Positions 61,317 through 64,000 of a DNA stretch of 64,000 bases are shown here, piece after piece. Both the position numbers and the translations under genes were made by a program. How positions within the stretch are numbered: position 1 is the stretch's first letter; the number at the start of each line of letters is the position of its first letter. Source of the DNA: a virus; IMG/VR virus record IMGVR_UViG_3300045988_138376; one strand, given 5' to 3'. The notes below the pieces were generated by a model that worked only from the letters and a program-made list of their open reading frames with translations, was not told the origin of the DNA and did not search any database.

Positions 61317-61769
61317 CTATCTCTTTTTCAAGGTTTTCTTCTGACGTTCTTCTTTCAACTTATCTTTGACAGCAAGAATATCAGAACGCTTAAATCCAAT
61401 CTTATGGTTATTGAAACTTTGATTCTTAATACCATATTTATCCATCAATTTCTTGAATCCTGCTCGATTATTACCCATGCACAATATCTTCATTGCGCCA
61501 TCATAAGTAACATAATCTTTCGGATTAACATATTCTGAATTCATCTTGTCTATTGTATTAAGTGCTCCCGCCAATTCGTCTTCGTTACAGTCAGCACTAA
61601 ATATATCAAATATTCTTCCAAAGATAGTACTAAATACAAGTTTCCTAATAGGAGAGAGTGCATCTACTTCTTCTTTTATAATATCGTATATATCACTCTT
61701 AATCTTATTGATTCTGTTTGAATTTGTAAGTTTCACATTGTTTTCTTTTACTTCTTTCAGATTAGCCAT
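61317..61769 (-). CDS. hypothetical protein (possible regulator)
   Basis: 150-aa ORF downstream of the Bro-N gene. Confidence 0.55.
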   Translation of the reverse strand: MANLKEVKENNVKLTNSNRINKIKSDIYDIIKEEVDALSPIRKLVFSTIFGRIFDIFSADCNEDELAGALNTIDKMNSEYVNPKDYVTYDGAMKILCMGNNRAGFKKLMDKYGIKNQSFNNHKIGFKRSDILAVKDKLKEERQKKTLKKR

Positions 61770-61782
61770 AATTTTAAATGTT

Positions 61783-62583
61783 TTATTGTTCGATTAATGG
61801 TAAATACCCGTTCCCCTTCAATGTATTATACAAGAATATACGCCCCTTTTGCGTCCACTCTGTATTCATAACAGTATCTGGCGTACCATCACTTCTTGTT
61901 ATGCTTACAGTTTTACTGTGAACGTATCCCTCACCTAAGTACGAAGCATACAGGATCCATTGCCCGTTAATTTTATGTTGAATATGCAATTCTTTCAATA
62001 TCTTGTTGAACGCTTTTGCGCTAAAGCCATAATCTTGCGCGATTTGAGATATTGTAACCGTCTTTTTGCTTTGAAGAATAATATCAAGGTAGTCTGATTT
62101 CTTTTCAAGCGCTGACATTTTCTGTGTCATTTGGAGCATTTGATTATTTTGTTCTTCTATAATTTTCTGCGCAACTACAAGAGCATTCGCCACAATTTGC
62201 TCCGGGGTTAATTGTGATTGATTAGAGATATATCCTCCATTTTTCCTAATGGAAGGAAGGACTTCGCTTGTTACCCATTTGCGAAACTTCTTTGCATTTG
62301 GTAATTTGCTTGACATAATCAAACTATATAATCCCGATTCATTAATAAGAACTTTATTTGAAAAATCTTTTCCACTCCACAAAGAAGGTAGCTGCGAGCG
62401 AAAAGCCCTGTATTCTAACACTTTACACTCTTCGTAATCTACATTATCTTTGATAGCATCTGACTGATTAGAATATCCTAAAATATTTGTAATCTCTTTG
62501 GCCAAAAACCAAGGTTCGTTGTCAATTTCAACAACTCCGATATTTCCAAATTCTTCTTTCTCGAAAATTTTAATTTCACACAT
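61783..62583 (-). CDS. Bro-N domain antirepressor with KilAC-like C-domain
   Basis: 'FGNIGVVEIDNEPWFLAKEITNILGY...LINESGLYSLIMSSKLPNAKKFRKWVTSEVLPSIRKNG'. The C-domain is paralogous to that of ORF 194. Start at ATG 62583. Confidence 0.8.
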   Translation of the reverse strand: MCEIKIFEKEEFGNIGVVEIDNEPWFLAKEITNILGYSNQSDAIKDNVDYEECKVLEYRAFRSQLPSLWSGKDFSNKVLINESGLYSLIMSSKLPNAKKFRKWVTSEVLPSIRKNGGYISNQSQLTPEQIVANALVVAQKIIEEQNNQMLQMTQKMSALEKKSDYLDIILQSKKTVTISQIAQDYGFSAKAFNKILKELHIQHKINGQWILYASYLGEGYVHSKTVSITRSDGTPDTVMNTEWTQKGRIFLYNTLKGNGYLPLIEQ

Positions 62584-62602
62584 AATAATTGTTGTTTTAG
62601 GT

Positions 62603-63385
62603 TTACTTCTTATTATAAAACATCTTTCTAATCCCATCTAATCCCTTTTGTAATACTACTGTTTTTATGTTGATGCAAGTATCTCCATTAGGTTTGCTAA
62701 ACTTGCTCTCAACGCATCTAAACCAACCAAGTTCAACGTATTTTTGATAAGGAGTATTATTAGGCATCAATACCTTTTTCTCTCGTAGGAATGCAAATAA
62801 TCTATTTCTCCCAATTCCGATATTGAGAAGTTTCGCCACTCGATCCATTGGCAATGCGTCCTTGCTATCTACTACTTCATCATAGAACTCAACTTTAGGA
62901 GCGTATATCGCTATTTTATGTTGTTGGCTTTCATTTTCTATACGAAGTTTCTCCTTTTCTTCTCTTTCTTTTTTTAACTGTGTAGCCAAATGAATAACCA
63001 AGTCTGGATTATCAATCATTTGTTCAAGAGTGGGCTGCGTAGCAGTCATTCCGATGGTGAGTAATTCCTTGATACGATCATTACACCAAATAGCGAAGGC
63101 AGGACTTAACCAACGGGCAAACTCCATTGCAACGTCTTCGTGCATCCAAGTACCTGGATTATTACCTCCTTTTGTAACTTGCACTAAATCAGTCAAAGTT
63201 AGATTTCTTACTTTGGATAATTCGTTTAGATAATCTGTTGTAGATTGGTTCATTAGCCAAAATTTAGGCTCTTTACCGAAAGGCTTCGCCATTTGTGTTG
63301 CATTTACCATTACACTATCTCCTTTTTGAAAAGTGATAGGACTCCCATTATATTGGAAGATTTGATTGTTAGATAATCTTTCCAT
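62603..63385 (-). CDS. KilA-N domain antirepressor
   Basis: 'VNATQMAKPFGKEPKFWLMNQST...GTWMHEDVAMEFARWLSPAFAIWCNDRI'. The C-domain is paralogous to that of ORF 25383. Start at ATG 63385. Confidence 0.8.
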   Translation of the reverse strand: MERLSNNQIFQYNGSPITFQKGDSVMVNATQMAKPFGKEPKFWLMNQSTTDYLNELSKVRNLTLTDLVQVTKGGNNPGTWMHEDVAMEFARWLSPAFAIWCNDRIKELLTIGMTATQPTLEQMIDNPDLVIHLATQLKKEREEKEKLRIENESQQHKIAIYAPKVEFYDEVVDSKDALPMDRVAKLLNIGIGRNRLFAFLREKKVLMPNNTPYQKYVELGWFRCVESKFSKPNGDTCINIKTVVLQKGLDGIRKMFYNKK

Positions 63386-63414
63386 GTGATACTCGTTGTT
63401 TTTAAAGTTTTTGA

Positions 63415-63723
63415 TTAGTTGTTTTCTACATATTGGTAACACTTGGTAGTATTCATTCCAGGTAACTTATAATTCACTTCCCTAATATATCCATGTTGAA
63501 CAAGCCTATTAACAGCATTGTATATTTTCTTTGTAGAAAGGAAAGGAATTAATTCTTTTAGTTTTGCTATTGCAATAAATCCAGTATACTTCTCTCGTTT
63601 TACCATGCAGCCTTTAAACGATTCTTGATACATTTTAGTACATAGTATCAATCGCATATAATAGTAGACGGCTGCGGCTTCTAAACCAACTTTAGAAGCC
63701 ATTTCTTCATCAATACAAATCAT
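63415..63723 (-). CDS. winged-helix-like DNA-binding protein
   Basis: 'KLKELIPFLSTKKIYNAVNRLVQHGYI'. Confidence 0.45.
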   Translation of the reverse strand: MICIDEEMASKVGLEAAAVYYYMRLILCTKMYQESFKGCMVKREKYTGFIAIAKLKELIPFLSTKKIYNAVNRLVQHGYIREVNYKLPGMNTTKCYQYVENN

Positions 63724-63732
63724 GCAGCCTAT

Positions 63733-64000
63733 CTACTTTTTGAGTTTAAATTCTTCGTATCGTTGCTTGATATTCTTTAGCCGACGAACTTTTCTGAAAT
63801 GATTAATACCTAAATGTACCGTAACAATAATGCTAATAGCCCATGTAGCTGATACAATAAGCAAATATACCTCTGCCGTAGGCATAATATTGAATGTATT
63901 GTCAATACAAGTAATAGTATCGGTAAACATAAGATTAAGTGGTATAGCTCTTGCATACTTGCAATGATATTTACCTTCGTCACAAGCAAGCCTATACAAA
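63733..64000 (-). CDS. small membrane protein (may be truncated by window edge)
   Basis: TM helix 'VYLLIVSATWAISIIVTVHL'. The ORF reaches the last bases of the window. Confidence 0.4.
   Translation of the reverse strand, partial: LYRLACDEGKYHCKYARAIPLNLMFTDTITCIDNTFNIMPTAEVYLLIVSATWAISIIVTVHLGINHFRKVRRLKNIKQRYEEFKLKK

Overview
The whole window reads as dsDNA phage sequence: siphovirus-type morphogenesis genes plus temperate-style accessory genes. I recognised no cellular housekeeping genes, rRNA or tRNA. The host is probably Bacteroidota. Supporting this, more than 12 intergenic TAnnTTTG (-7 box) motifs sit just upstream of operon starts, one ORF has a Bacteroides-type lipoprotein signal, and GC content is low. 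Layout: (1) 1-900, a leftward Rha-type antirepressor plus a small HTH protein. (2) 0.9-2.7 kb, a gene-free region with mirror-image purine/pyrimidine asymmetry. (3) 2.7-25.2 kb, a rightward block of about 60 mostly small ORFs. It includes a GC-rich 18-bp-repeat beta-helix gene, a small serine recombinase, four copies of a Cys4 module, an orphan DNA methyltransferase, a recombination module (Rad50-like ATPase, SSB-like protein, RecT, MBL-fold hydrolase, RuvC-like protein), two homing-endonuclease-like genes, MazG and an M15 endolysin. (4) 25.3-29.9 kb, an accessory zone with two Rha genes behind structured leaders, a leftward 5-6 gene cassette, a DnaA-C-like HTH protein and a lipoprotein moron. 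(5) 30.0-41.2 kb, a leftward arm: scaffold, decoration-like protein, major capsid, connectors, tail tube, G/GT chaperones and an 1871-aa tape measure. (6) 41.3-61.2 kb, a rightward arm: large terminase interrupted by an intein, portal, LamG protein, AntA-like moron, a 2522-aa fibre with an S74 chaperone domain, and two paralogous tip proteins separated by an (AG)n-containing ORF. (7) 61.3-64.0 kb, a leftward Bro-N/KilA-N antirepressor cluster. Most noteworthy observations: the stop-free GC-rich hexapeptide repeat array next to the only recombinase; two interleaved perfect inverted repeats (19 bp and 13 bp) in a Rha leader; a shared promoter-proximal motif at two operon starts; an (AG)6AA(AG)11 tract positioned to switch an ORF between two receptor-binding paralogues; a class-3-like intein in the terminase P-loop; and combinatorial shuffling among seven antirepressor-like genes. 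All family assignments come from recognising motifs by eye; no search was run.
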